Positions 38,057-51,818 of a stretch of 64,000 bases of DNA are shown here, piece by piece. A program made the translations under genes and the position numbers. The DNA lies in the NCBI GenBank assembly GCA_043228905.1, contig JBHGNT010000005.1, positions 13,268,001-13,332,000 of the forward strand, given 5' to 3'. Numbering within the stretch: position 1 is the first letter of the stretch; each line of letters opens with the position of its first letter. This DNA is from Azolla caroliniana (taxonomy: Eukaryota > Plantae > Polypodiophyta). The notes below the pieces were generated by a model. That model ran no database searches. It was not told the origin of the DNA and saw only the letters and a list, made by a program, of their open reading frames with translations.

Positions 38057-41000
38057 ATGGAGACCATCAGTAAACAAGAGTATATGCGTATTCTCTCAGA
38101 ACTTGACCTCCTAACAACAAAATTTGTTGCATTGGAACAAGAGAATCATAAACTTCTTGGCGACTTGCAACAAGTGAGCATTGAAAAGGCACAACAACAT
38201 GAGGAACTCTCGAAACGTGTCCAACAACTTGAAGCTATTGTGTTATCTCTTCGACAACAAGCTTCAACCTCTCAAAGTTTGTTGAAAGAACCCAAATTTA
38301 GTTTACCAACAAAATTTGATGGTACAAGGTCTCAATTCCGAGGATTCTTAAATCAAGTACGCCTTATAATTCATATGCATGCCAACCGATATCCAACTGA
38401 CGCAGCTCGAGTGAGGTTAGTTGGAACATTATTGACAGGAATCGCACTAGCATGGTTTGCACCATTGCTAGAGAAGAAATCCCCAATACTAGAAAACTTT
38501 GATACCTTTATCAACGAATTCCAAGCTACTTTTGGTGATACTGATAGTCTAAGAACAACAATAAACAAGATATGTAGGTTGCGCCAAGGAGATTGGCAAG
38601 CCTCAGCTGACGCAACTAATTTTAGTCTTCTTGCTTGTGATATCCCTTGGGATGAAGCAGCGATGATGGACTTGTTTCAGCATGGTTTGCATAATGATGT
38701 TAAAGAATTGCTCTTAACATTTCATGATGAACCCAAATCACTGACAGAAACTATTAGCCGTGCAGTTTGATGTGACAATCGTTTGTTTGAAAGACGTTCT
38801 GAGTGCCAACAAACGTTGACACACCTTAGATCTGAGCAAACATATGCCTCAACATTAGCCTCACCACCTTTAGGACCAGTGCAAGTTCCTAATCCTAATT
38901 CTTTTAATGCACCTACTCCAATGGAGATTGATGCAGCACGTCGTCGAGGTCCTTTGTCCGAAGCCGAGAAACAACGACGTCGAGCAAATCGACTTTGCCT
39001 ATATTGTGGTGGTCTAGGACATATAGCAATACATTGTCCACATCGACCAAAGAGACAATTAAATCAAGTAAGTGCTATTGAGAATTTTGATTCATGTTCT
39101 CCAGTCAAAGCCAATAAACCAAGAACTCTTGTCAACAACCCTCAATCCAATAGTTTTGATGTTCTAAGCCAACTAGATGAGTTGTTAAACGAGTAAGTCC
39201 AGCCAAAATCGGAGCCATTTGGTTGGACCAACCAAAGCATATAGAACTTGTTCCGAGCTTAGGTTCCATTTCATCGATCCGAGTCAATGAAGTTTTCACA
39301 GCGCAAGTTCAACTCAGCACATCAAGATGTCATCAAGTTCTTGCATCTGCGCTCTTGGATTCAGCAACCAACTCATGTTTGATGGATCGGGATTTTGCCA
39401 CAACACAAGAAATTCTACTTTATAAGCTTCTTCGTCCAGCATCAGTAGCAGTAATTGATGGATGTTCTATTGCATCAAGAGATATTATTGAAGAATCAGA
39501 GCCTATTCGTGTAGTTCTTGGTAATTTAGCTACTGTAATATCTTTAAATATCATAAGCAGTCCCGACCATCCAATTGTTCTTGGGTTGCCGTGGTTTGAA
39601 CTTCATAATCCAAAGATTGATTGGAAGAAGCAGGAAATCATAGACTCATGAGACAACACTTTAGGGCTCATCACCACATCAACCTCAAACCTAACACCAA
39701 GACATATATCAACTATCTCTCTCAAAAGATTACATAAAGAAGCTACAATAGAAGATATGTTTGTGTTTGCAGTAATCATAACCCCATTCTCAAACCCACA
39801 AGATTCAGAGGTCCATTTGCCATCAAAGTATCAAGAATTTTCCGATGTGTTTGATAAGGTAAAGGCCACAACACTTCCTAATCATCGCCCATATGATTGT
39901 CCCATTGATTTGCATGCTGAGAAGGAACCACCATGGGGACCAATTTATAACGTTTCGCCGTCAGAATTGAAAGTTCTTCAAGAATATATTGATGGGAATC
40001 TTGCAAATGGCTTTATTCGACATTCCCATTCTCCTGCTGGCGCTCCTATTTTTTTTGTTAAGAAGAAAGATGGCTCTTTACGTTTGGTCGTAGACTATCG
40101 AGGCTTGAACAAGGTTATGATTCGAAATCGATATGCTCTACCATTGATTCCAAATCTCTTGGAACGTCTCAATGGGGCGAAATACTTCACAAGGCTAGAC
40201 TTACGAGGAGCTTACAACCTTGTTCGTATTCGACCTGGTGATGAATGGAAAACTGCATTTCGCACACGATATGGTCACTTTGAGTACACAGTAATGCCAT
40301 TCGGGCTTACAAATGCTCCAGCAGTTTTCCAACATATGGCAAATGATATCTTTCGAGATTTCCTCGATATCTTCACGATAATTTACTTGGATGACATACT
40401 AATCTACTCAAAGACACAAGAGGAGCATAATAATCATGTTCGACAAGTTCTACAACAATTACGGGAATTTGGCCTTTATGCCAAACTAGAGAAGTGTTTC
40501 TTTGACCGCAATCAAGTCGAGTTTCTAGGGTATATGGTCTCTCCAGAAGGTATTTTTATGGATCCAAAGAAAGTACAAACAATTCTAGATTGGAAAAAAC
40601 TAGGCTCAGTTCGTGATCAACAATCTTTCTTGGGATTTGCGAATTTCTACTGCAAGTTCATCAAGAGTTACTCAAAAGTTGTTTTGCCCCTCATGGAACT
40701 AACACAGAAGAATCGGCCATTTGTATGGACATCAAGCGCAACTGATGCATTTGATAGCTTGAAGAAAGCATTTACATCTGCATCTGATGCATCTGATTTT
40801 GCACTAGGAAGTGTTCTATCGCAAGTAGCGGATGATGAGAAATTACATCCAGTTGCATTTCATTCAAGAAAGTTTGAACCTGCAGAAATCAATTATGAAA
40901 TCCATGACAAAGAATTGTTGGCAATTGTTGATTCTTTCGAACAATGGCATCACTTCTTGGAAGGTTCTCCCCACCAAATTATTGTTTACAACGATCATAA

Positions 41001-42785
41001 AAACCTCACATACTTTCAAAATGCTCAAGTTCTAAATCGACGACAAGCTCGGTGGGCACAATTTCTAACACGGTTCAACTTTGTGATAACATATCGACCA
41101 AGAACACAACAAGGTAAAGCTGATGCCTTATCAAGACGCTCTTATTTTGCACCAAAACCGGGGGACCCAACTTACGACAATCAAGAACAAGTCCTTTTGA
41201 TCCCTATTTGTCTACGATTAATGGTGACAAATGTTGTTGAGACAACTTTGGATTCAAAATTTCTCGATTCTATTTGCTCGAGCACTGGTTCAGATGATTT
41301 TGCACAAGATATTTTAGACCACATTGTTCCAGATCGTGCTTCTTGTTCACGCTCCAAGTTTTCTCGCATGGATTATGGGAACTTCAGTTGGCATGATGGG
41401 TTGCTTTTTCGAAACAACCGTACTTATATTCTCGATGGACCTTTTCGACTTGAAGTCTTGCATCACTGCCATGATTCACCGCTAGCTGGACATTTCGGAG
41501 TTTTGGAAACATTAGAGCTAGTTACCCGAAACTATTGGTGGCCTTAGGTTCGTCAATTTGTCATAGACTATGTTTCTACTTGTGATGTATGTTGTCGATC
41601 AAAGATGCCTCGACATTGGCCATATGGTTTGTTGCACCCATTGCCCATTCCAGATGGTCCGTGGAAATCCATTTCTATCGATTTCATCATAGATCTCCCA
41701 TCTTCCCAAGGCTATGATGCAATTCTTACAGTGGTGGATCGCTTTACGAAAATGGCACATTTTCTTCCATGTAGAAAAACATTTATTAGTCAAGAATTGA
41801 CAAGTCTTGTTATGTGAGAAGTTTTCAAGCACAATGGCCTTCCAGATGAAATCATTAGTGATCATGGACCACAATTTATTGCAAAGTTTTGGACACACTT
41901 ACTTGAGAGCCTTGGAATTTCTCGTAAACTATCTTCAAGCTACCATCCTCAAACCAATGGGCAAACGGAACGCACAAATCAAACATTAGAACAATATATC
42001 CGTTGCTTTATCAACTATCAACAAGATGATTGGATGGATTTCTTACATATGGCAGAATTTGCTTACAATAATTCAATCCATTCTTCTACGGGATTCACTC
42101 TGTTCTTTGCAAACACAGGGTATCATCCTCGATGGATGATGCTCGAATGTCCAAAAGTCTCAAAAATCCCACGGTCAAAGATCGTCTAGAAAAACTCAAA
42201 GAAATTCAAACCAACCTTTCTCACAATTTGCTTCATGCTCAAGCCAAGTACAAGAAGGTGGCGGATAAACATCGCTTAGATTCTTCACTTGAAGACCTTA
42301 AGTTTAAAGTTGGTGATCATGTCTGGTTATTGCGTCGTAATGTGAAAACTACTCAACCAAGTGCCAAATTGGATTTCCAACGTCTAGGTCCATTTGTAAT
42401 CTCTCATCAAGTCAACGATGTTGCATTTCGTCTGGATCTACCTTCACATATGCGTCTTCATCCAGTATTTCATGTTTCATTATTAGAACCATGGACATCA
42501 AGTTCTATTCCAAATCGGGTTATCCCAACACCACCTCTGGTTCAACTTGCTGAAGGACCTGAATATGAAGTAGAAGCTATTTTGGACTCTAAGGTCATCC
42601 GCAATAAGTTATATTATCTAGTAGATTGGCTAGGATACATGCCTACGGATCAGACCTGGGAACCTGCAACGAACGTCACTAATGCCTCTGAACTTATACA
42701 AGAGTTTCATCTTCGTTATCCCCATAAACCAAAACTTAGTTCATGCATTGCGACTCATGGAACTCATCGACAAAGGAGGGGATGA
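38057..42785 (+). pseudogene. J gag (38057-39196) and pol (PR-RT-RH-INT-chromodomain) with scattered stops
   Basis: PTKFDG, PMEID, CLYCGGLGHIAIHC, LLDSA, YLDD, DASDFALG, GPF. Chromodomain EYEVEAILDS...YLVDWLGY...TWEP. Confidence 0.95.
39184..39228 (+). promoter_or_regulatory. Predicted -1 ribosomal frameshift signal of J
   Basis: G TTA AAC, 6-nt spacer, then stem gtccagccaaa/tttggttggac. The -1 frame continues into the protease. Confidence 0.8.
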
Positions 42786-45700
42786 TGTCACAAAATGTGA
42801 ATATCAAGGTTTAAACTTGTGACCTTCAAACAATGGTCTTACACTTCAACCATTGCACTAACTCATTTTCATTAATAAATACATTTTCATATTATTATTA
42901 TTCAAGAACTCTAGAGCACTAGACACATTAGATGACCGCCAAATGGCGATCATGCACATTCTGATGTACAGTATATAAGTCGAAGATCTACTTAGTGTTG
43001 AACCATTCCGGTTCAACACCAGTCTTTAGCAACCTTTGTAAAAGTAACGTGCGGAAGCAAGTATGAAGACCGAACACAAGGAAGAAAAACTTAGGTTTAA
43101 TGGAGAGCTTGAGTTCACACAGTATACGCGGGAGAGACAGAGAGAGTGAGAGAGGAAAACACAAGAGGTATATTCAAAAAATACACAATCTCTATTCACC
43201 ACACTCTATACATATGTGTGTTCAATGAAAACTTTTATACAAGTCCTAGAAGGACTAACCGAAGTACTGACAGTACTTCAATGCTCATTAAGAGCTCCTA
43301 CACTAACTCCCAAATATATTCCTCACGGAATATCTTTCCTAACGGCCTCCCGGTTTACGCACCGATCCGGCCCTACCTACGCACCGGTCTGCGTACCGGT
43401 TTACGCATTTGGCCTAACCGATCGGTCCCAACCGATCCAGTCCTCGACTTCTTCAGCCGATCCGGTTGATGTTGAGCTTGTCTCTCAACACTCCCCCTCA
43501 AGCTCAACTTGAGGCTCTTCAGGATCTTCGGGCTCACAGCTCCAGTTCCTCCTGGCTTCACGCCTCGCTCGCGCTCCACGACCTGTTCGACTCCGCGCGG
43601 TTCGACCCTTCCAGTCGGCTTGTCTGCTCATTTGGCCCTTATCAGCTCTTCTGTTGTTGCGGTGTTGATGCTTCTCCTGCTGCCTTTTCTTCCGCTTGGG
43701 CCTCGGTTGATTCAGCCTATCTGAATCAAACATCCGAACCGACTCGGCTACCTCCGATCGGTTTTCGCTCTCGTCCGAGTTGGCTGTCTCCAACTTGTCT
43801 TCGGTCTTCTCACCCTCGATGGCGTCATCTTCCCCATGCGTGGTTGGCTTAGGCTCTCTCCTTCGGTTGCTCCCCTTCTGTCGGGTTCTGGACTTTTCCG
43901 CAGGTCTGCCCTCGGCTTCTTCAGCCAATCCGAAGTCGAACTCGACAACCGAGTCAACCGACTCGGTGTCGCGGTTTCCACTCCTTTCCTACTGCCTTGC
44001 TTGGTCGTTCGGGATTGTTCTCCCCCTCAAGTTTGGCACGTCGAGGTGAAGCAAACCGAGCGCACTTGAGAATTGCCGCAACTTGTCCAGACCAAGAGGC
44101 TTGGTGAAGATGTCGGCATTCTGCCGATCCGTCGGAACGTACTGAAGTTCGACTTCTCCAGAAAGGACACGCTCACAGACAAAATGGTAGTGCACCTCAA
44201 TGTGCTTGGTTCATGCGTGGAAAACGGGGTTTTTCGCGAGCTGGATGTTGCTGAGGTTGTCGCAGTAGATCGTCGTCGGATCTGACACTTCCTCTTGCAA
44301 GTCCTTAAGTAGCCGCTTCAACCATATGGCTTCGCATGTCGCGACAGCCGCTCCTCGGTACTCCGCTTCGGTGCTCGACAGTGCAACTATCGGCTGCTTC
44401 TTACTGCTCCACGCGATTGCGGCACTCCCGAGGGAGAACGCGTATCCAGACGTGGATCGGCGATCGGCGATCGGCGGCGTTGCCAGCCCAATCAGCATCG
44501 GTGTAGCCGACTAACTGCGCGGCTGCACCGGTCCGATATAGCAATCCCCGGTCCTTAGTGCCATTGACATACTGAAGTATGCGTTGCGCACACTGAAGGT
44601 GCTCCTCGGTAGGTCGCGCCATGAACTGACTGATCACTCCGACCGGATAACTGAGGTCGGGTCGGGTGATGGTCAAGTATATGAGGCTTCCGACAATTTG
44701 TCGGAACCTCGTCGGGTCGCATACCTTTCCCGTATCGGGACGAAGCTTGACGGTTCTGTCCAGAGGAGTCGAGACGGACTTACAGTCGGCCATCCCGAAT
44801 TTGAAGAGCATACTCAGCACGTAATGACGTTGGCTGATCAGTATGCCTTCGGGGGTACGGATCACTTTGATCCCGAGGAAGTAATGAAGGTCCCCTAGAT
44901 CCTTCATGTCGAACGATGCCGCAAGCTGGAGCTTCACGCGGTCGATTTCACCTAGGTCGGCGCCGGTGATGACCAAGTCATCAACATATAGTAAAATACT
45001 AACCGGTCCGACTCGACCTTTCCGGATGAACAAGGAAGAGTCCGATTTTGACGTGACGAAGCCCATCCGACGCAGTTTTTGCGTGATCTTCGCGTTCCAG
45101 GCACGCGGGGCTTGCTTCAGTCCGTAAAGGGACTTCTTCAGTTGGCATACTGCCGAGGAGTTCCTTCTAGAGTGAAATCCGGGGGGCTCTACCATGTACA
45201 CCTGTTCCTCAAGGTCACCTTGCAGGAACGCATTCTTTACATCCATCTGATGTAAGTGCCACCCCTTCACCGCAGCTACTGCGAGAAAAACACGGACGGT
45301 CAACATTTTCACGACCGGCGCAAACGTCTCATCGTAGTCAATGCCGTGTTTCTGCGCGTAGCCCTTTGCCACTAGCCGAGCCTTGTACCAGTTGACTGAG
45401 CCATCGGTGTTGTACTTGACCTTGTACACCCACCTACATCCGATTGGCTTCACACCCTTCAATGCGTCAACTAGATCCCAGGTTTCGTTTTCCACCAATG
45501 CGTGCATCTCTTCCTCCATCGCGGCACGCCAATTCGAGTCTTTAGCCGCTTCTGCGTAGCTCTCCGGCTCTCGCACTTCCGCTACACGGGTCATGTACGC
45601 ATAATGATGCGCCATGTACTCGTTGTATCCGAACCGCAAAACAGGATTAGTCTGGCGGGTAGATCGGCGTAATCTCACATTAGCCGATGTCGAGGCCTTC

Positions 45701-47114
45701 TCGGTCGACGCGGACTTCACCTTTAAAGACCTGTCACCGGTTCCCTCGGAGTCGGACTCGCGTCGGTCTGACTCGTTCCTATCCGTGCCGGAATCCGACA
45801 CCTTCTTCTTCCCTTTCTCTTTGCGCGTAAGCCGTCTCCTCGGCTTCCTGCGCGGGGAATGCATGGCCGAGTCTCCACTACTCGCCGGCTCTTCATCAGA
45901 CAGATCGTACTGACTCAATCGTCCAATCGGTCCAGTTAAACGGAGTGAAATCGGACTCTCTTCGCGGGTCTCGATTTTGGGCTCATCCGGAGGCATCTCG
46001 GCCTCGCTGACCTCATCGTCAGAACTCGGATTGGAGTCGGGGGCTGGTACCAGGACGCGGACTCGTCAAACACAACGTCATGGCAAACACGTGCTTGTTT
46101 GGTGCGAGGGTTATAGCACTTATAACCCTTCTGCTCGTCCAAGTAACCGACCAAGATGCATTTCTCAGCTTTTGCGTCCAGCTTCCTCCTTTTCTCCTTC
46201 GGTACATGCACATACGCAATGCTACAGAACACCCTCAAGTGTCGCAAGTTCCGCTTCGTTCCGAAATATAGCTCGTGCGCCGACATTTTGTCTCCGATCC
46301 GGTTCTGGATGTATACCGCGGTCCTTACCGCCTCGGCCCAGTAGAACTTGGGCAAGCTCTTTTCCTCCAGCATTGCTCGTGCCGCTTCCACAACTCACCG
46401 ATTCTTCCTCTCGGCCACGCCATTCTGCTCTGACGTGTATCTACAACTGAATTCGCGCCGAATTCCCATTTGTTGTAGATAACTGTTGAATTGACCAGGA
46501 AAGTACTCTTTCCCGCCATCCGACTGCAGGCACTTGATCTTTCATCCCGTTTCTGTTTTCACGAACCCTTTGAGGTCTCGGAAACAGTCGAAGACTTCGC
46601 TCTTCCTCTCAATGAGTGTCATGATATGGCAAGACTCGAACCCATGACCTTATGCTACATGGGTCGAGCTCTTACCATTAGACTATGAATTGTAATTTGT
46701 AGAATATTATTTTCATTTATGCTTTATCATAGAAAATTGATGTATATTCCAGATCTCTTTGGAACATTCTAGAAGCTTCAGGATTATTCCTAAAAACACT
46801 ATAAAAGGAGGCACAAGGCATTGTTTTGAACCAAATTGGTTCAACACCAGTCTTAAGCCTCTTAGCCGATTTGTACTTATCTTTCATATAATATAAGAGC
46901 TGTTGTCATCATCCTATCTCTCTCTCTCCTCTTCTCACTTCCTCTCTCTCGGGAATCTTACGCAGTCCCGTCCTCTTAGTACTAATAGTACTACTCTTCT
47001 TAGTACTAATTCCATCTCTGCTTTAGTACTATTCCTGACAGTTTGAACCGATTTTCCTCTTTCCTCCAGCCTACTTGTCATTCTCCCTCATCCTCCTTCC
47101 CTTTTCCCTCTACT

Positions 47115-50100
47115 ATGGCTACTGTTAGCGCCCAAGAATATCAATCCGTTTTCTCTGAGTTACAGTGCCTAAAAGAAAAGTTTGTTGCCCTGGAACAAGA
47201 AAACCAACGGCTGATATGGGATCTGCAACAAATCGCTCTAGAAAAGCAACAAACACAGCAACAACATGGGGAGTTAGCGTTACGGGTGCAACAACTCGAA
47301 GCGGCATTGCAACAACAAGGATCAAGTCCCCAAGGATTTCATAAAGAGCCGAAGATTGGACTTCTTGTGAAATTTGATGGAACGCGATCGCAATTTAGGG
47401 GATTCCTTAATCAGGTACGATTAGTCCTCCAAATGCATCCTTCCCGATACCCCACTGATGCATCCCGAGTCGGCTTAATAGGCACGTTGCTTAGCGGCTC
47501 AGCCTTAGCATGGTTCACTCCGCTTCTAGAAAAACAATCGCCCTTGCTTAATAACTTTGAAGATTTTATTAGTGAGTTCAAAGCCTGCTTTGGAGACACC
47601 AACAACATCAGGACGGCGATCAACAAGATCCGGCGATTGCGTCAAGGCGATCGTCCAGCCTCTGCCTACGCGGCAGATTTCCGCCTACTCGCTTCCGACA
47701 TACCCTAGGATGATCAAGCACTAATGGAGCAGTTTCGCTATGGCCTGCGAAATGATGTCAAAGATCTACTTCTAACCTTCCCCGAAGAACCAAAGTCTCT
47801 TACGGAGGCAATCAGTCGAGCGGTCCGATGTGACAACCGCCTCTTCGAACGGTGTTTGGAACGTCAATTACAGATACCACGCGCTAGGCCGGAGCCCACT
47901 TACGCCGCAGTCACGGCTAGACCGTTTGCACGAGACATACCTCAAGCAAATACTTCGACACCGATGGAGATCGATACTATGCATCGACGTGGCCCGTTAT
48001 CGGAAGAAGAAAATCAACGACGACGTGCAAATCGATTATGTCTTTATTGCGGTGGACCAGGGCATATTGCAATCAATTGTCCCCATAGGCCAAGAAGACA
48101 GGTAAATCAAATTGTAGCCTGTACTAAACCCGAGTCAATTCTTCCCTTATGAGTGTCTGATAGTATTAATAGTACTAATAGAGTGTTTGATAGTATTCAT
48201 AGTACTAATAGCCCAAGTATCTCAAATAAATTTGAAATCCTTAGTCAATTAGATGAAGAGTTAAACGATTGAGTCCAGCCAAAATAGGAGCTGTTTGGTT
48301 GGACAGCAGCCCTAGATCTGTACAGCCCATTAGTGGTTCCATTCCTTCCAAGCAAGTTAGCAATGTGTTCCTAGCCCAAGTCATTGTTAGTACTAAAAGT
48401 ACTCCCCCAGTACCCATCCTAGCACTTTTAGATTCCGGAGCTAATTCCTGTTTCATGGATCAAAATTTTGCCCAAGCTTCTCAGATATCCTTAAGAAAAC
48501 TTCCTTGTCCCGCATCTGTAGTAGTCATTGATGGTCGTCCCATTGCTTCCGGGAATATTGTAGAAGAATCAGAACCCATTCAAGTTGTCCTAGGTAGTTT
48601 TGTGTGTGTAATATCATTTAATATAATTAGTAGTCCAGAGCATCCCATTGTCCTAGGATTACCTTGGTTTGAATTACATAATCCAGCCATAGATTGGAGA
48701 ACAAGAGAAGTTTGATATCGACCACCCCAAGAGTCAACTCACCAAGTTTCGACCATTTCACTCCATCAACTACGCGAAGAAGGACCCAAGGAGGCAATGT
48801 TCCTATTTGCAATATCAGTACATCCTTCCAACACTATTAAGAAGGACTCCTCAGTACAACTTCCAGCAAAATATCATCCTTATGCTGATGTATTTGACAA
48901 GGTAAAAGCCGGTACCCTTCCTCATCACCATCCCTATGACTGTCCCATCGATTTACAACCAAGAACCGAGCCACCATGGGGACCAATTTACAACTTGTCA
49001 CCCACCGAGTTAGAAGTCCTTCGAGCCTACATAGAGGAGAACTTGGCAAGCGGGTTCATCTGTCATTCGAAATCTCCGGCCGGTGCACCCATCTTCTTTG
49101 TCAAAAAGAAAGATGGCTCACTTCTTCTTGTCGTTGATTACCGCAGATTGAATAAAGTCACCATCTAGAATAGGTATGCACTTCCTCTTATATCAAGTCT
49201 TTTAGAGCGAGTTAATGGTGCCAAGTTTTTTACTAAAATCGACCTACGAGGAGCGTATAACCTCGTGCGGATCCGACCGGGAGATGAGTGGAAGACCGCC
49301 TTTCGCACGCGGTATGGGCATTTCGAGTATACTGTTATGCCATTTGGCCTAATTAATGCACCCGCAGTCTTCCAACACATGGCAAATGATATATTCAGAG
49401 ACCTCTTGGATATTTGTTTGATCATTTATCTGGATGATCTATTGATTTATTCGAAGACCCAGGAAGAGCATGATTCTCATGTACTATTAGTACTAAAGCG
49501 ACTCCGCGAGAATGGTCTTTATGCCAAGCTAGAAAAATGTAGCTTTGACTGCAAGCAAGTGGAATTTCTAGGCTACGTCATCTCCTCAAAGGGCATCGCC
49601 ATGGATCCAGCTAAAATCCAAATTGTACTAGAGTGGCAAATTCCACGGTCAGTACGAGATGTACAATGTTTTCTAGGTTTTGCTAACTTCTACCGTAAGT
49701 TTATACAGGATTACTCGAAGATTATTTTACCTCTCACACAACTTACGAAGAAGGGCCAAGCATTTCTTTGGTCCATAGAAGCAGATATGGCTTTTCGGCA
49801 TCTTAAGAAAGCCTTTACATCACCACCGATTCTAGCTTATGTGGATACAAGCAAACCATTCATCATGGAGGCCGACGCATCAGATTTCGCCCTCGGTAGC
49901 ATCCTTTCTCAACAAGGCGATAAAGAAGAGTTGCATCCGGTGGCTTTCCATTCGCGCAAATTCGACGTCGTAGAAATCAACTACGAAATACATGACAAGG
50001 AGTTATTAGCCATCGTGGATTCATTTGTACAATGGCGGCATTTCTTAGAGGGCTCTCCACATCAGGTCATTGTTTTTAGCGATCATAAAAATCTTCCTTA

Positions 50101-51818
50101 TTTTCAGAACGCTCGTGTACTAAATCGACGGCAAGCTCAGTGGGCGCAATTCCTCACGCGTTTCGACTTCAAAATCATATATCGACCGGGGAAGTAGCAA
50201 GGAAAAGCATATGCACTATCACGGCGTTCATATCTTGCACCTCGTCCTGGTGACACAACATTTGATAATCAAAAGCAAGTAATCTTGGGACCAACACGAT
50301 TGCACACGACGCAGATTTTTCACACCCCGATGGATTCACGGATTATCGATGACATACGTGCAACCTTGAAGACGGATAGTTTTGCTCAAGACATCCTTGC
50401 GCACATTGATACTTCTCGGGCATCCTGTTCTCAGTCTCAACAACCAGGTATTGACTACTGACAATTCGAATATCATGATGGTTTGTTATTCTTTAAAAAG
50501 TGCATATATGTCCCCGATTGCTCCTGTCGCCTTCAAATCGTCCAACTTTGTCACGACACCCATACGGCGGGACATTTCGGTAGTACTAAGACGTTGGAGC
50601 TAGTGCAACAATCTTTTTGGTGGCCCCACATGCGCCGTTTTGTCGACGACTACGTTCGGACCTGTGATGCTTGCTGCCGAGCAAAGATGCCACGACACCA
50701 TCCATATGGCTTGTTGGATTCCTTACCGATTCCAAGTAAGCCGTGGCAGTCTATTTGTCTTGATTTTATCACAGATTTGCCGCTCTCGAAGGGGTTCGAT
50801 GCTATCCTAACCGTCGTCGATCGATATACGAAGATGGCACATTTTGTGCCGTGTACTAAAGCCATCACTAGCGAGGAAACCGCCGCTCTTGTTATGTGTG
50901 AGGTATTTCGGCATCATGGCCTCCCAGACAGTATTATCAGTGACCGAGGCCCGCAATTTGTCTCCAAATTTTGGCAGCATCTCTTCAAGATGCTCAAGGT
51001 CTCCTGCAACCTCTCCTCCGGCTACCATCCTTAGACCGACGGGCAGGCGGAACGAACAAACCAAACGGTAGAGCAATATCTCCAGTGTTTCCTCAGTTAT
51101 CAACAGGACGATTGGGCCGAGATTCTCCATTTTGCGGAGTTTGCGTATAATAATGCTATTCACTCCTCGACTCGGGTCTCCCCATTTTTCGCTTATACCG
51201 GTTTCCATCCTCGCTGGTCAGTGATCGACACTCCGGAGCTACCTACCAACCCTCATGCCGAGGATCATTTGGAGAGGCTACGCAAGATCCAGATGGATCT
51301 CTCTACTCACCTTCGTCATGCCCAACACACACAAAAGACTTATGTGGATCGTCATCGGAGATCGAGTATGGCTCTTACGTCATCACATCAAGACTACTCG
51401 ACCGTGCGACAAGTTGGATTATCGACGACTCGGTCCCTTCCGTATTACAGGTAAGATTAATGATGTCACCTTCCGCCTTGATCTCCCTCCGCAGCTTCAG
51501 ATACATCCGGTTTTCCATTGTTCTCTTCTTGAACCTTATAAAGCAAACACCATTCCCGATCGTGTGACACCACCGCCACCCCCACTGGAGTTGGACGCCG
51601 GCCCGGAGTATGCAGTTGCTGCCATCCTCGATTCCAAACTTGTTCGCAACAAACTTTATTACTTGGTCGATTGGCTCGGTTATAGTCCGAGCGAATGTAC
51701 TTGGGAACCCGTCGAGCATGTTGCCAATGCACAGGATCTTCTTGCTGATTTCCACCGAAAGTATCCGGACAAACCCGGTCCGCAATTAGCGCCAACTCGT
51801 TCCACTCGTCGTCTTTAA
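47115..51818 (+). pseudogene. K gag (47115-48272) and pol with chromodomain; several stops
   Basis: CLYCGGPGHIAINC, LLDSGA, YLDD, integrase core, EYAVAAILDS...YLVDWLGYSPSECTWEP. Confidence 0.95.
48260..48304 (+). promoter_or_regulatory. Predicted -1 frameshift signal of K
   Basis: G TTA AAC + 6 nt + the same gtccagccaaa/tttggttggac stem as in J. Confidence 0.8.
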
